DNA of 64,000 nt from Acidobacteriota bacterium. Its GTDB lineage: Bacteria > Acidobacteriota > UBA890 > WLXD01. Where the stretch lies: the NCBI GenBank assembly GCA_965205505.1, contig CBDBHB010000008.1:160001-224000 (forward strand). Reading direction: 5' to 3'. The notes beneath the pieces are model-generated. The model made no database searches and was not told the DNA's origin. It worked only from the letters and a program-made list of their open reading frames with translations. The translations under genes and the position numbers were made by a program. Below, in pieces: positions 21,316-31,321 of the stretch; position 1 is the first letter of the stretch; every line of letters begins with the position of its first letter.

Positions 21316-22107
21316 ATGCAGGATACGAGTTTCCGGCTGGACGAGCAGGTGGCTGTTGTGTGCGGTGCCGCGTCCGGAATCGGCGCTGCAGTAGCGCGTG
21401 GATTCGGCGCGCGTGGGGCGCGAGTCATCTGCCTCGATCTCAATGAGGAAGCTGCACAAGAGGTCGCCAAGGCGATCCGAGACGCCGGTGGCGAAGCTAG
21501 CAGCAGCCCGCTGGACATCCGTGACAGCGCCGCGGTCGGCCGCTCCTTCGTGCGCACAGCGGAGCAGTATGACCACATCGACATCGTCGTTTCGACGCCG
21601 AGCGTAAATGTGCGCAAGACCGTGCTCGATTACGCTGCCGAGGAACTCGACCGGGTCATCGACGTCAACCTCAAGGGTACCTTCAACGTGCTTCAGGCGG
21701 CAGGTCGGATCATGGGGGCACAGCGCAGCGGCAGCATCATCGCCTACTCGTCGATCCGCGCGCTGGTCGTCGAGCCCGGGCAAGGAGTCTACGCTGCGAC
21801 CAAGGCCGGCATCGTGCAGCTGGTTCGCGCGCTGGCAGCAGAGCTTGGCCCCTCCGGCGTGCGTGTCAACGCGATCGCGCCAGGAGTGGTAGACACGCCG
21901 CTGACGGAGCCGATCAAGAGGAACGAGGACTGGTACGGTGCCTACGCCGACAGGAACGCGCTAGGGCGATGGGCGCGGGTCGAGGAGATGGTCGGTCCGG
22001 CCGTCTTCCTGGCGTCCGACGCTGCCAGTTATGTCACCGGGGCTGTGTTGTTCGTTGACGGCGGATGGACGGCGATCGACGGGCGGTTCTCACCTCCCGG
22101 AATATGA
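21316..22107 (+). CDS. Short-chain dehydrogenase/reductase
   Basis: GAASGIG, YAATK, VNAIAPG, VDGGW. Confidence 0.92.
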   Translation: MQDTSFRLDEQVAVVCGAASGIGAAVARGFGARGARVICLDLNEEAAQEVAKAIRDAGGEASSSPLDIRDSAAVGRSFVRTAEQYDHIDIVVSTPSVNVRKTVLDYAAEELDRVIDVNLKGTFNVLQAAGRIMGAQRSGSIIAYSSIRALVVEPGQGVYAATKAGIVQLVRALAAELGPSGVRVNAIAPGVVDTPLTEPIKRNEDWYGAYADRNALGRWARVEEMVGPAVFLASDAASYVTGAVLFVDGGWTAIDGRFSPPGI

Positions 22108-22153
22108 GCCCTAACAACCCGGTTCGAGCATGAACCGCGAACAAGGATCTGCA

Positions 22154-23125
22154 ATGAACGACCGGCGCTTGGCGCGAGTGCTCCACGACGACGTTCCTAC
22201 CCTCTTCGAAGCCCCGATCGCCGACCAGGACGTATCGGGAGTCGTTCTGCTGGGCGTACCGTACGAGGGAGTCCTGGTGGGCGATCGGCACACGTTGTAT
22301 CCGCCGGGCTCGCGACCGCCGGAGACCTTCTACGCGCGCCATGGCGCCGACGCGGCGCCCGACGCGATTCGCCGAACGAGCGTCATCTACTCGCTCGAGC
22401 ATGACGGCGGCGTCGCCGCCGAGCTTGATTTCGCCCGGCTGTCGGATGAACTGCACCTAGTAGACGCCGGCAACCACTCGCTCGAGAGTTGCGAGCAACT
22501 GGCATGCTCGGTGGCGGAGGCCGGAGGCGTAACGGTCGCCCTGGGCGGCGATCATCTCGTGCCGCTACCTTTGATCCGCGGGTTGCAGAAGGGGCATCAG
22601 CAACGTCTCGCGGTGGTCGTCTTCGATTCGCACCTCGACCTCCACGCAGCGCCTCCGCTATGGGCGGGTTCGCAATGGCGAACGCTGATCGACGCTGGGC
22701 ACCTGCGACCCTCCGATCTGACAATTATCGGTGCGCGCGGCGTGCGACATTCTCTGTCGGAGATCGACTATGCACGGCAACATGGCGTCAACGTCGTGCC
22801 GTTGCGAGCGCTCGACGACAGAGGAATCGATGCCGTTTGTGCCGAGCTGGCTGGACGTCTCCAAGCAGTTGAGGCGGTCTACGTGTCGCTCGATATCGAT
22901 GTGGTGGATCCGAGCTTCTGCCCAGCCCAGAAGTACCCGGACGCCGCCGGGCTTGCGCCACGCGAGATTCTCAGGGTGATGCGCGCGGCGATTGCAGCGG
23001 CGACCTTCGCCGGTTTCGATTTGTGCTGCCTATCACCGCGCTATGACGAGGGCCAGCGCGGCGCTCTGCTGGCGGCACGCTTTGCCCTCGAGGCGGTATA
23101 CGCCTGTCGCGGGGCGGTCGACTAA
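22154..23125 (+). CDS. Ureohydrolase (arginase/agmatinase family), divergent
   Basis: GGDH, DSHLD, SLDIDVVDP metal ligands; AAGGA before ATG 22154 (alternative start 22130). Confidence 0.85.
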   Translation: MNDRRLARVLHDDVPTLFEAPIADQDVSGVVLLGVPYEGVLVGDRHTLYPPGSRPPETFYARHGADAAPDAIRRTSVIYSLEHDGGVAAELDFARLSDELHLVDAGNHSLESCEQLACSVAEAGGVTVALGGDHLVPLPLIRGLQKGHQQRLAVVVFDSHLDLHAAPPLWAGSQWRTLIDAGHLRPSDLTIIGARGVRHSLSEIDYARQHGVNVVPLRALDDRGIDAVCAELAGRLQAVEAVYVSLDIDVVDPSFCPAQKYPDAAGLAPREILRVMRAAIAAATFAGFDLCCLSPRYDEGQRGALLAARFALEAVYACRGAVD

Positions 23126-23136
23126 CGACCCCCGGG

Positions 23137-23871
23137 TCACCTCAGGATTACCGAGCTGGCGCGGTCGGTCAGCTCGCCAAGCTGCTGGGCGAGCCTTCGG
23201 TCGGCGCTGGCGAGCGCCGCCGCGTCGGCATCCCGCGGTACCCACAGATGCGGCCCGTAGACGAACACACCATGGGCGAAGGGCAGCGGCAGCAGCATGC
23301 GATCCCAGCTTCGCAGCCGCCAACATCGGGAGCAGTCAAAAGCCACCGGTAGTAGCGGCCGCCCGGTCGCCTTGGCAATCCACGTTGCCCCGGGTTGCAC
23401 GATTCGGGCCGGCCCGCGGGGCCCATCTGGAGTAATACCCAGGTCGCGGCCGCGCTGCGCCGCCCTGAGCATGCCGCGCGCCGCTGTTGCGCCACCGCGC
23501 GAACTTGATCCGCGCACGGCGTCAACACCCAGATAGGCGAACAGCCGGGCCATAACCGCGCCATCGCGTGAGCGCGAGATCGGCACCGAGGTAGGCGGTC
23601 GGAACTGTACCCACGGCATCATCGCAAGCTGCTCGTGCCAGAAGGTGTAGATAACCGGCCCGCCGTCTTCCGGAAGAGCATCGGCGGCCCCTTCTCGCGT
23701 CACCCGCATCGTGGCGTGCACCAGGCGCAGGTACGCTGCTCCCAACGGAGCAACGAGCGCCCGTGGGTTCCACATGCGCAGCACGTCCACAGAGTGGCTC
23801 GCCTCCTGATCACTCGCGATTGGGTCGTTGGCCAGCGATGCCATCAGCGATACCCTGCGTCGCCGCTGCAC
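23137..23871 (-). CDS. DUF374 / lysophospholipid acyltransferase family protein
   Basis: FWH, SRSRDG, RGSSSRGG, TPDGPRGP, SWDRMLLPLPF; start uncertain. Confidence 0.88.
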   Translation of the reverse strand: MQRRRRVSLMASLANDPIASDQEASHSVDVLRMWNPRALVAPLGAAYLRLVHATMRVTREGAADALPEDGGPVIYTFWHEQLAMMPWVQFRPPTSVPISRSRDGAVMARLFAYLGVDAVRGSSSRGGATAARGMLRAAQRGRDLGITPDGPRGPARIVQPGATWIAKATGRPLLPVAFDCSRCWRLRSWDRMLLPLPFAHGVFVYGPHLWVPRDADAAALASADRRLAQQLGELTDRASSVILR

Positions 23872-23886
23872 GCTACCACAACGCGC

Positions 23887-25695
23887 TCAGCCTTCGAGGG
23901 CAAATCCGGACCCGGCGGCGGCGGCGAAATCCAACGAGTAGAGTCTCTGGTAGGCCCCCATACGCGCCAGCAGCTGCTCGTGTGTCCCCTGTTCGGCCAC
24001 CCGACCGCCCTCGATCACCACGATGAGGTCGGCCCCCTGGATGGTCGACAACCGATGCGCGATGATGAGCGTCGTGCGGCCTTCCATCAAGTTGACCAAC
24101 GCCTCCTGCACTAGCCGGTCTGACCGCACGTCGAGGTTGCTCGTAGCCTCGTCGAGGATAAGGATCGGCGCATTCTTCAACAACGCGCGGGCGATCGCGA
24201 TGCGCTGGCGTTGCCCACCCGAAAGCCGCTGCCCGAGCTCTCCGAGGACCGTGTCGTAGCCGCTCGGCAGCTGCTCGATGAAGTCGTGCGCAAAGGCAGC
24301 GCGCGCCGCGCGCTGAACCGCCGCGTCCGAGATACCGGGCTGGCAATAGGCGATGTTGTTGCGGACGCTGTCGTTGAACAGAATGGTCTCCTGCGTCACT
24401 ACGGCGATCTGATCGCGCAGATCATCGAGGCAAACGTCTCTCAGATCGACACCGTCAATACTCACCGCCCCCTCGGTCGGAACATAGAACCGCGGGATCA
24501 GGTTGGCGAGGGTGGATTTGCCGGCGCCAGACGAGCCCACCAGCGCCACGGCGCTGCCGGCCCTTATCTCGAGGTCGATATCGTGCAGGATCCTCTCGTC
24601 GGGCGCGTCCTCGTAGGCGAAGGAGACCTGTTCCAGCCGGATGCCGTCGACCAGGGGCGGCATCGAAAGCTCGGTCGACTTGCTCGGGATAACGTTGGCG
24701 GTACCGGCTGCTGCTGCGGCCAGCCCAGCTCGCAGCGGCTCGAGCGGCGCGTCGAGGATTTCGTAGATACGATCAGCCGCAGCGGCGGCGGCCTGGATCC
24801 GTACGTTGGCCGAGCTCAGCCGCCGCAGCGGAGCATAGGTCGCAAAGGCGGCAAAGAGCACTCGCGCCAGGTCACCGGTCGAAAGGCTCCCTGTCGTGAT
24901 CCGCCAGGACCCGTAGACCATCACGAGGGCACCGGCGCTGGCGGCGATGAACTCGATCAGCGGCGAGCCAATGCTGGCCAGCCGTTCGGCGTGCAGCGAG
25001 TGCCTGTACAGGCGCTCGGCCGATCGGCGGAACTTCTCCGTCTCCGCCTGCTCCATGCCGAACGCCTTGACTACACGAATGCCCGTAAGAGTTTCTTGCA
25101 ACAGCGACGACAGCTGCCCGAGGCCACGCTGAGCCTCGTGGCTGACGCGACGCAGGCCCTGCCCCAGCCAGGCGATAACCCCAATCAGCAACGGAGCGGC
25201 CACCAGGATCAGCAAGGTCAAGAGCCAATCCGTGGCGAACATGATCCCCAAGTAGACCGTCAGCGTGGCGCTCTCACGCAGGAGGTCGACCAGAACCCGC
25301 GTCAGCGCTTCCTGAATCGCCATTACGTCGCTGGTCACACGCGACATGAGACCACCGGTTGATCGGCGCTTGTGGAAGGCCAGCGGCAAGAACTGGAGAT
25401 GGCCGTAGAGCCGCACTCGCAGATCCTTGACCACCGCGAACCCAACGCTGCCCATGAGGTAGCTGGACGCGTAACGCGCAATTCCCAGCGTCAGATACAG
25501 GAGCACGACCACGCCCGCCAGCATGCGCACGTACGACGACTGCGCGCTCGGCTGAAACGCATCGTCGATCACCGGCTTGATCATCCAGAGGATGGCACCG
25601 TTGGCGGCCGCCACGACCCCCATCGCCATGACGGCACCGGACATTCGGGGCCCATACGGCCGGACCATTCTGAGCAGGCGATTTAGATTGGCCAT
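23887..25695 (-). CDS. msbA: MsbA-like lipid A ABC exporter
   Basis: TMD plus GSSGAGKST, LSGGQRQR, ILDEATS; immediately after lpxB. Confidence 0.8.
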   Translation of the reverse strand: MANLNRLLRMVRPYGPRMSGAVMAMGVVAAANGAILWMIKPVIDDAFQPSAQSSYVRMLAGVVVLLYLTLGIARYASSYLMGSVGFAVVKDLRVRLYGHLQFLPLAFHKRRSTGGLMSRVTSDVMAIQEALTRVLVDLLRESATLTVYLGIMFATDWLLTLLILVAAPLLIGVIAWLGQGLRRVSHEAQRGLGQLSSLLQETLTGIRVVKAFGMEQAETEKFRRSAERLYRHSLHAERLASIGSPLIEFIAASAGALVMVYGSWRITTGSLSTGDLARVLFAAFATYAPLRRLSSANVRIQAAAAAADRIYEILDAPLEPLRAGLAAAAAGTANVIPSKSTELSMPPLVDGIRLEQVSFAYEDAPDERILHDIDLEIRAGSAVALVGSSGAGKSTLANLIPRFYVPTEGAVSIDGVDLRDVCLDDLRDQIAVVTQETILFNDSVRNNIAYCQPGISDAAVQRAARAAFAHDFIEQLPSGYDTVLGELGQRLSGGQRQRIAIARALLKNAPILILDEATSNLDVRSDRLVQEALVNLMEGRTTLIIAHRLSTIQGADLIVVIEGGRVAEQGTHEQLLARMGAYQRLYSLDFAAAAGSGFALEG

Positions 25696-26888
25696 CAGAT
25701 CGCAGGTTCTTTGGACGGTGCCGGAGTCAGAGTGGCGAGAACGGCCCGCGCGGCGCGCGCCGAAGCACCGGGCTCGCCAAGTGTCGAGCGCACATCACTC
25801 AGAAAGCGCTTGACCCGAGCCCTATGCTCCTCGTCGTTCAGTAGCGGCCGCAGCTCGGTGACGATCGCGTCCGGCGTAACCTCGTACTGGAGCAACTCAG
25901 GCACGCCACGGTGCCCCGCGACCACATTGACCAGAGCGATATCTGGGATGCGCACGAGTAACTTTCCGAGATTGTAAGTGAGCCAGGATGTCCTGTAAAC
26001 GACCACCTCGGGCGTCCCGAGCAGCGCCACCTCCAGCGTCGCAGTGCCAGAGCACACCACCGCCGCTCGGGCATGCCGAACCGCCTCGTAGGTGTCCTTC
26101 TCGATCAGGTGCACGTGCCGCTTCAGATCGGCGCCGAGCCCCTCGAGGAGCCGCTCGTAGATCTCGCCGTCAAGCGCCCCCGCCACCGGCACGATGTACT
26201 CATAGGCACCCTCGTGGGCCAGCTGTGCGGCAGCTGCCAACATCGTCGGTAACAGCCGTTCCACCTCGGCAGTGCGGCTGCCGGGTAGCAGCCCTACCCA
26301 CGTACGATCGAGAGCGATCCCGTGACGCTGGGCGAAGGCGACCTCATCACCCTCGTCCGGAATTACGTCGAGCAGAGGATGTCCGACGAACTCCACCGGC
26401 AATCCGGCTCCTTCGTAGAGCGCCTTCTCGAACGGCAGGATCACCAGCATGCGATCCACCAGTCGTGCAATCTGCCGCACCCGGCCTCTTCGCCACGCCC
26501 AGACTTGCGGGCTGATGTAGTAGACGATCGGCAACTCCGGTCGGGCGCGTCGAAGCCGTCGCGCAAGTGCCAGGTTGAAGTCCGGGTAGTCGATCAGCAC
26601 GACGGCGCGAACTCGCTGTGTGGCGGCCGCCTCGAGCACGCGGCTCATGGCACGGCGGATGTCGCCGATGTGGCCGAGAACCTCGGTAATGCCGACCACC
26701 GCCAGCTTGCGAAAGTGCACCAGCAGTTGGGCGCCCGCAGCGGCCATCAGATCGCCGCCGACCGCGATGATGTCGATCTGTGGCTGCAGCCGCTTGATCT
26801 CGCGGATGAGACTGCTGCCGTGCAGGTCACCCGATGCCTCACCGGCGACCATGAGCAGTTCGGCATCGCGCTGCCGCGGTGCGGCCAT
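25695..26888 (-). CDS. lpxB: Lipid-A-disaccharide synthase
   Basis: AGEASGDLHG, IDYPDFN, SPQVWAWR, FVGHPL, LLPGSR, SGTATLE. Confidence 0.96.
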   Translation of the reverse strand: MAAPRQRDAELLMVAGEASGDLHGSSLIREIKRLQPQIDIIAVGGDLMAAAGAQLLVHFRKLAVVGITEVLGHIGDIRRAMSRVLEAAATQRVRAVVLIDYPDFNLALARRLRRARPELPIVYYISPQVWAWRRGRVRQIARLVDRMLVILPFEKALYEGAGLPVEFVGHPLLDVIPDEGDEVAFAQRHGIALDRTWVGLLPGSRTAEVERLLPTMLAAAAQLAHEGAYEYIVPVAGALDGEIYERLLEGLGADLKRHVHLIEKDTYEAVRHARAAVVCSGTATLEVALLGTPEVVVYRTSWLTYNLGKLLVRIPDIALVNVVAGHRGVPELLQYEVTPDAIVTELRPLLNDEEHRARVKRFLSDVRSTLGEPGASARAARAVLATLTPAPSKEPAI

Positions 26889-27085
26889 CACCCCGACACT
26901 CCGATCAGTCGCTGAAGCCTCGTGTGCATCGCTCTCAGAACCCCTCGATTCGCGCAGAGGGTACCCGATGCCCCTCCGCCCCGGGCGCCTCAGACGACGA
27001 TCCGAGGCCCGCGGCGGGCCCTACCCGTGCTACCATTCCATCTCCGCCGCACCTGCCTCCGCTGCGGCAATCCCACGCCTCCCGG

Positions 27086-28204
27086 ATGCACGTCTGTATC
27101 GACTATCGCCCGGCGCTGCACGAGAGTACGGGCGTCGGCACCTATGTTCGCGGCCTTCTGGCCGCCCTCGTCAGTGCCTTCCCCGACGATCGCCATACGG
27201 CGTTCTCTGCCTCGTGGAAACACCGCCTCGCTTCGATCCCCGGCGTTCCCAGCGCTCGGATACGGGACGTGCGTTTGCCGGTGCGGCTGGTCGACTGGCT
27301 GTGGCACCGGCGCCGATGGCCCCCGGTGGAGCGGTGGGTCGGCGCGCTCGACATCGCACACTCGCCCTCGCCGATGCTCGTTCCCACGCGTAAGGCCCGT
27401 CGGCTCGTCACCGTACACGACTGCTACTTTGCACGCCGGCCCGGCGACGTGTCGGGGGCGGTTCGTCGCCATTACGTACCTCTGGTTGCCGACTCCCTGC
27501 GCCGCGCCGATGCGGTGATCGCCGTTTCCGAGACCACCAAGCAAGAGCTGCAGGAGCTCTTCGACGTGGCGCCCGAGCGCATCCACGTCACCTACAATGG
27601 CATCGATGCCGCGTACGGACGCGGGGATGTGGCAGACAAGCAGGCAGCGCGAACGGCGCTCGGAGTTGACCGTCCCTATCTGCTGTTCGTCGGACGACGT
27701 GAGCCGCGCAAGGACCTGGGCACCCTGCTGGCGGGATTCGCTCAGCTTGCCGCCCTTCACCCGGATCTCGACCTGCTGTTGGTGGGCCCGGACGGGTATC
27801 GCTGGGAGCAAATATGGGAAGCGGCCCTACCCAGCGCACGCCAGCGTAGCCGCTGCATGCCCCACCAGCCGAGCGTCAGTCTCGCCGCGTTGTATGACGG
27901 TGCGGAGGCTCTCGTGCTGAGCTCACTTTGGGAGGGGTTCGGGCTCACCGCCGTCGAGGCCATGGCCTCCGGCACGCCGGTCGTATCGTCGCGCGCCGGA
28001 GCCCTGCCCGAAGTTCTCGGCGACGCGGCGGCCTGGTTCGACGTTGGCGATGCCGAGGGGATGGCGCAGGCCTGCGATCGAGTGATCTCCGACTCGAGCT
28101 ATCGGCAGAGTCTGGTTGCTGCCGGCAACGGCCGTGCGGCTCGCTACACGTGGCAAAACGCCGCCGAACGCACCCGGTCCGTCTACCATCAGCTGCTCAC
28201 ATGA
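27086..28204 (+). CDS. Glycosyltransferase family 4
   Basis: TGVGTY, TVHD, EPRKD, EGFGLTAVEAMASGTPV. Confidence 0.9.
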   Translation: MHVCIDYRPALHESTGVGTYVRGLLAALVSAFPDDRHTAFSASWKHRLASIPGVPSARIRDVRLPVRLVDWLWHRRRWPPVERWVGALDIAHSPSPMLVPTRKARRLVTVHDCYFARRPGDVSGAVRRHYVPLVADSLRRADAVIAVSETTKQELQELFDVAPERIHVTYNGIDAAYGRGDVADKQAARTALGVDRPYLLFVGRREPRKDLGTLLAGFAQLAALHPDLDLLLVGPDGYRWEQIWEAALPSARQRSRCMPHQPSVSLAALYDGAEALVLSSLWEGFGLTAVEAMASGTPVVSSRAGALPEVLGDAAAWFDVGDAEGMAQACDRVISDSSYRQSLVAAGNGRAARYTWQNAAERTRSVYHQLLT

Positions 28205-29280
28205 AGGTCGCGGTCGACGCCCGCGAGCTGGCCGGTCGCCGGACAGGCGTCGGTCGCGTGATTCAGGGACTGTTGGAGGCATGGCCAGACGGCGATGAGA
28301 TCTGTCTCATAAGCCGCACACCTCTGGCCACCACACCGTTGCGTTCGGGTTGGGGCACGGTCGTCGATTCCGGATCCGCGGCACTACCGAGTGCGGTCTG
28401 GGAGCAACTTCGCCTGCCGCGCGTCGTGCGCGACAGCGGCGCCGACGCGCTCCTCGCGCCCAACTACAGCATGCCACTGCGCGCTCCCTGTCCGACCGCC
28501 GTTTGCATGCATGACTGTGCGCCGTTCGCAGTGCCACAGGGTTTTCGCCCACGCGAACGGTGGCGACGACGTGTCGGCGCCCGCATCGCGGCACGCCGAG
28601 CAGCCTTCCTCTTCATGGGGTCACGCTTCGCTGCTGACGAGGCCCACAAGCACCTCTCGGTCCTTCAGGAGCGTCTACTGGTGGTCCCCTGGGGTCTTAC
28701 ACGTGGCTTCGGCGCGGTTTCGGATGAACGCGTTGTCGCCGTACGAGAGCGCTACGGAATCGACGGCCGCAGCGTGCTGTTCGTCGGTTCGGATCTTCAG
28801 CGACGTGGCCTTCAGGACCTCGGCGACTGGATGGCGGAGATAGTCGCCACTCGCCCCGACGTCGAGCTGCTCGCGGCGGGAACCCGGCCCGAAGCGGGGA
28901 GCACGGAGGCGTCGATGCGACACCTCGGGTACGTCCCCGAGGAGCACCTGGCGCCTCTGTACGCCGCTGCCACCGTCGTGGCCTATCCATCGTCGTATGA
29001 AGGCTTCGGGCTGTCTGTGCTGGAGGCGCTCGCCTGCGGCACGCCCGCGGTAGTTTCGGCCACGTCGGCCTTGGCGGAGGTCTACGCCGACCATGCGTGC
29101 CTCGTTCCACACGGAGATGGCACTGCGTGGAAGACGGCGCTGGCCGCACTGCTCGACGACGAGACCGAGCGCCGACGCACAATCGACGCCGGCACCGCTT
29201 GGGCTCGATCCCAGAGTTGGGTGCCCAGCGCCAAGCGTCTGCGGGCTCGGCTTGCGAACGCTGCAGGCGACCGGCAATGA
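28201..29280 (+). CDS. Glycosyltransferase family 4
   Basis: MKVAVDAREL..TGVGR, YPSSYEGFGLSVLEALACGTP; ATGA overlap. Confidence 0.9.
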   Translation: MKVAVDARELAGRRTGVGRVIQGLLEAWPDGDEICLISRTPLATTPLRSGWGTVVDSGSAALPSAVWEQLRLPRVVRDSGADALLAPNYSMPLRAPCPTAVCMHDCAPFAVPQGFRPRERWRRRVGARIAARRAAFLFMGSRFAADEAHKHLSVLQERLLVVPWGLTRGFGAVSDERVVAVRERYGIDGRSVLFVGSDLQRRGLQDLGDWMAEIVATRPDVELLAAGTRPEAGSTEASMRHLGYVPEEHLAPLYAAATVVAYPSSYEGFGLSVLEALACGTPAVVSATSALAEVYADHACLVPHGDGTAWKTALAALLDDETERRRTIDAGTAWARSQSWVPSAKRLRARLANAAGDRQ

Positions 29281-30197
29281 GCGTCACACAGGTTGATGTC
29301 GTGGTGGTGAGCTTCAACTGCCGTGAGCTGTTGGCGAAGTGCTGTGACAGCATCGCCGAGCTCGGCGCACAGGCCAACCTCATCGTGGTCGACAACGCCT
29401 CTGAGGATGGTAGCGCCGAGATGGTACGCGAACGGTTTCCGCAGGCTTCCCTCATCGCCAGCGACCGTAACCTGGGTTTCGGCCGCGCCGTCAATCGCGG
29501 CGCCATCACCGGCAGGGCAGCGCTGCTGCTGCTGCTGAACAGCGACGCCGAGCTGCTCCCGGGGGCCTATGCCGCGTTGGCAGCGGCGCTGCTTGACGAC
29601 CCCGACGCAGCTGGGGCCGGGCCCCGCCTGACCGACGAGCACGGCCGCACTGAGCTGTCTGTCGGGCGCACGTTGAGCCTGTCCAACGAAGCATGGTTCA
29701 AGATCCTCGGAAGCGCACACGACGCCGGCCTCCCGATGCTGCACGGTCTCGTCGAGCGCCGCTACGGACGAGCCCGGAAAACGCGATCGTTGAGCGCCGC
29801 ATGCCTGCTGCTGCGGCGTGAGGCTTTCGATCAGCTGGGGGGCCTCGATGAGCGCTTCTTCCTCTATGCCGAAGACGTCGACCTGTGCCGCAGGCTGGCT
29901 CGGGCCGGCTGGCATCTGCGCTATGTTCCGGAAGCGCGCGTACAGCATCGCCGTGGCGCTTCCGCGGCGGTGCAGCCCTCGCTAACCGAGCGCTGGTACC
30001 GTGCCAGCCAAATTGGCTTCTATGACAAGCACCGCTCCCGCATTGCCCTAGCCAGCTTGCGCATGTATCTGCGCGTTCGCTACGCGCTGATGTCGCGGTT
30101 CGGAGACCGAACGCAACGCATGCGGGCACGCGACGTTGCCGACTGGCTGCGCAGCGGACCGGAAGCAACGGCGGCTGATGCCGCGAGCGACAGTTGA
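29277..30197 (+). CDS. Glycosyltransferase family 2
   Basis: VVDNASEDGS, NLGFGRAVN, LNSD, DERFFLYAEDVDLC; ATGA overlap. Confidence 0.9.
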   Translation: MSVTQVDVVVVSFNCRELLAKCCDSIAELGAQANLIVVDNASEDGSAEMVRERFPQASLIASDRNLGFGRAVNRGAITGRAALLLLLNSDAELLPGAYAALAAALLDDPDAAGAGPRLTDEHGRTELSVGRTLSLSNEAWFKILGSAHDAGLPMLHGLVERRYGRARKTRSLSAACLLLRREAFDQLGGLDERFFLYAEDVDLCRRLARAGWHLRYVPEARVQHRRGASAAVQPSLTERWYRASQIGFYDKHRSRIALASLRMYLRVRYALMSRFGDRTQRMRARDVADWLRSGPEATAADAASDS

Positions 30198-31321
30198 TGC
30201 GAATCGCCGTCGATGCCCGCAAGATCAACGACTACGGGATCGGGTCGTATCTGCGCGGGCTGCTCGATGCGAGCGCCCGGGCTCGCCCAGACTGGCGGTT
30301 CGTGCTGATCGGCGAGCCGAGCGCTGCGCGAGAGCTCGACGAGCACCCCAACATTACGTGGATCGCCAACTCCTCTCGAAAGTACGGAGTCGGCGAGCTG
30401 ATCAGCCTGCCGCGAGCTGTCCACAGAGCGCGTGCCGACGTCTTCCACGCGCCCCACTACGTCGTTCCGCCGAGGCTACTGTGCCCGCTGGTGGTGACGG
30501 TGCACGATTGCATCCACCTGCGCTTTCGTGAGCACCTACCGCGGCCACTCGGGTTCCTGCCCCGGTCTCTCAGCTACGCGTACGCGCGCGCCATGATGGG
30601 TCATGCCGTGGCCAGCGCCGCACGAGTGATCGCCGTCTCCGAGTCCACCCGCCAAGACCTCATTGAGCGCCTGTCGGCTCCGACTGACCGCCTCCGCGTT
30701 GTATTGAACGGTGCCAGCGAATTCTGGCACGAACCCACGCCAGAACAGCAGGGCACTGCGATCGCGCGGCAACTCGAGCTGCCCGAGCGCTACCTGCTGT
30801 GGGTCGGCAACCCGAAGCCACACAAGAACCTGGAGCGGCTAGTGTGCGCGTTCGAGCGACTCGCGCATGCACGCGAAGACCTTCACCTGTTGCTGGCTGG
30901 AGCGAGACCCGCCCAGGTAGACGCTCTCACGCGCCCTCGGATCCGCCCCGAGCGCTGTCGAGCGCTGGGGGCGGTCAGCAACGAGACGCTACGGCTGCTG
31001 TACGAGCGCGCGACGGCGCTCGTGCTGCCGTCGCTCTGGGAGGGATTCGGCCTCCCGGCGCTCGAAGCCATGGCCGCTGGAACGCCGGTGGTTGCAGCGG
31101 ATGTGGGTGGGTTGCGGGAGATCGTCGGTACGGCGGGCGTGCTCGTGGATCCCGGTAAGACCGACTCGATCGCCGCCGGAGTCGAGCGCCTGCTCGACGA
31201 CCGAGACCTATCAGAGAAACTGCGGTGCCGCGGCCGCGAACGCGCCGCACAGCTGAGCTGGGATCGAGCCGCCGAGGCTACCATGCTGGCCTACTCGGAA
31301 GCGGCGGGCGGTGCATCCTGA
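30197..31321 (+). CDS. Glycosyltransferase family 4
   Basis: MRIAVDARK..GIGSY, KPHKNL, EGFGLPALEAMAAGTPV. Confidence 0.9.
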   Translation: MRIAVDARKINDYGIGSYLRGLLDASARARPDWRFVLIGEPSAARELDEHPNITWIANSSRKYGVGELISLPRAVHRARADVFHAPHYVVPPRLLCPLVVTVHDCIHLRFREHLPRPLGFLPRSLSYAYARAMMGHAVASAARVIAVSESTRQDLIERLSAPTDRLRVVLNGASEFWHEPTPEQQGTAIARQLELPERYLLWVGNPKPHKNLERLVCAFERLAHAREDLHLLLAGARPAQVDALTRPRIRPERCRALGAVSNETLRLLYERATALVLPSLWEGFGLPALEAMAAGTPVVAADVGGLREIVGTAGVLVDPGKTDSIAAGVERLLDDRDLSEKLRCRGRERAAQLSWDRAAEATMLAYSEAAGGAS

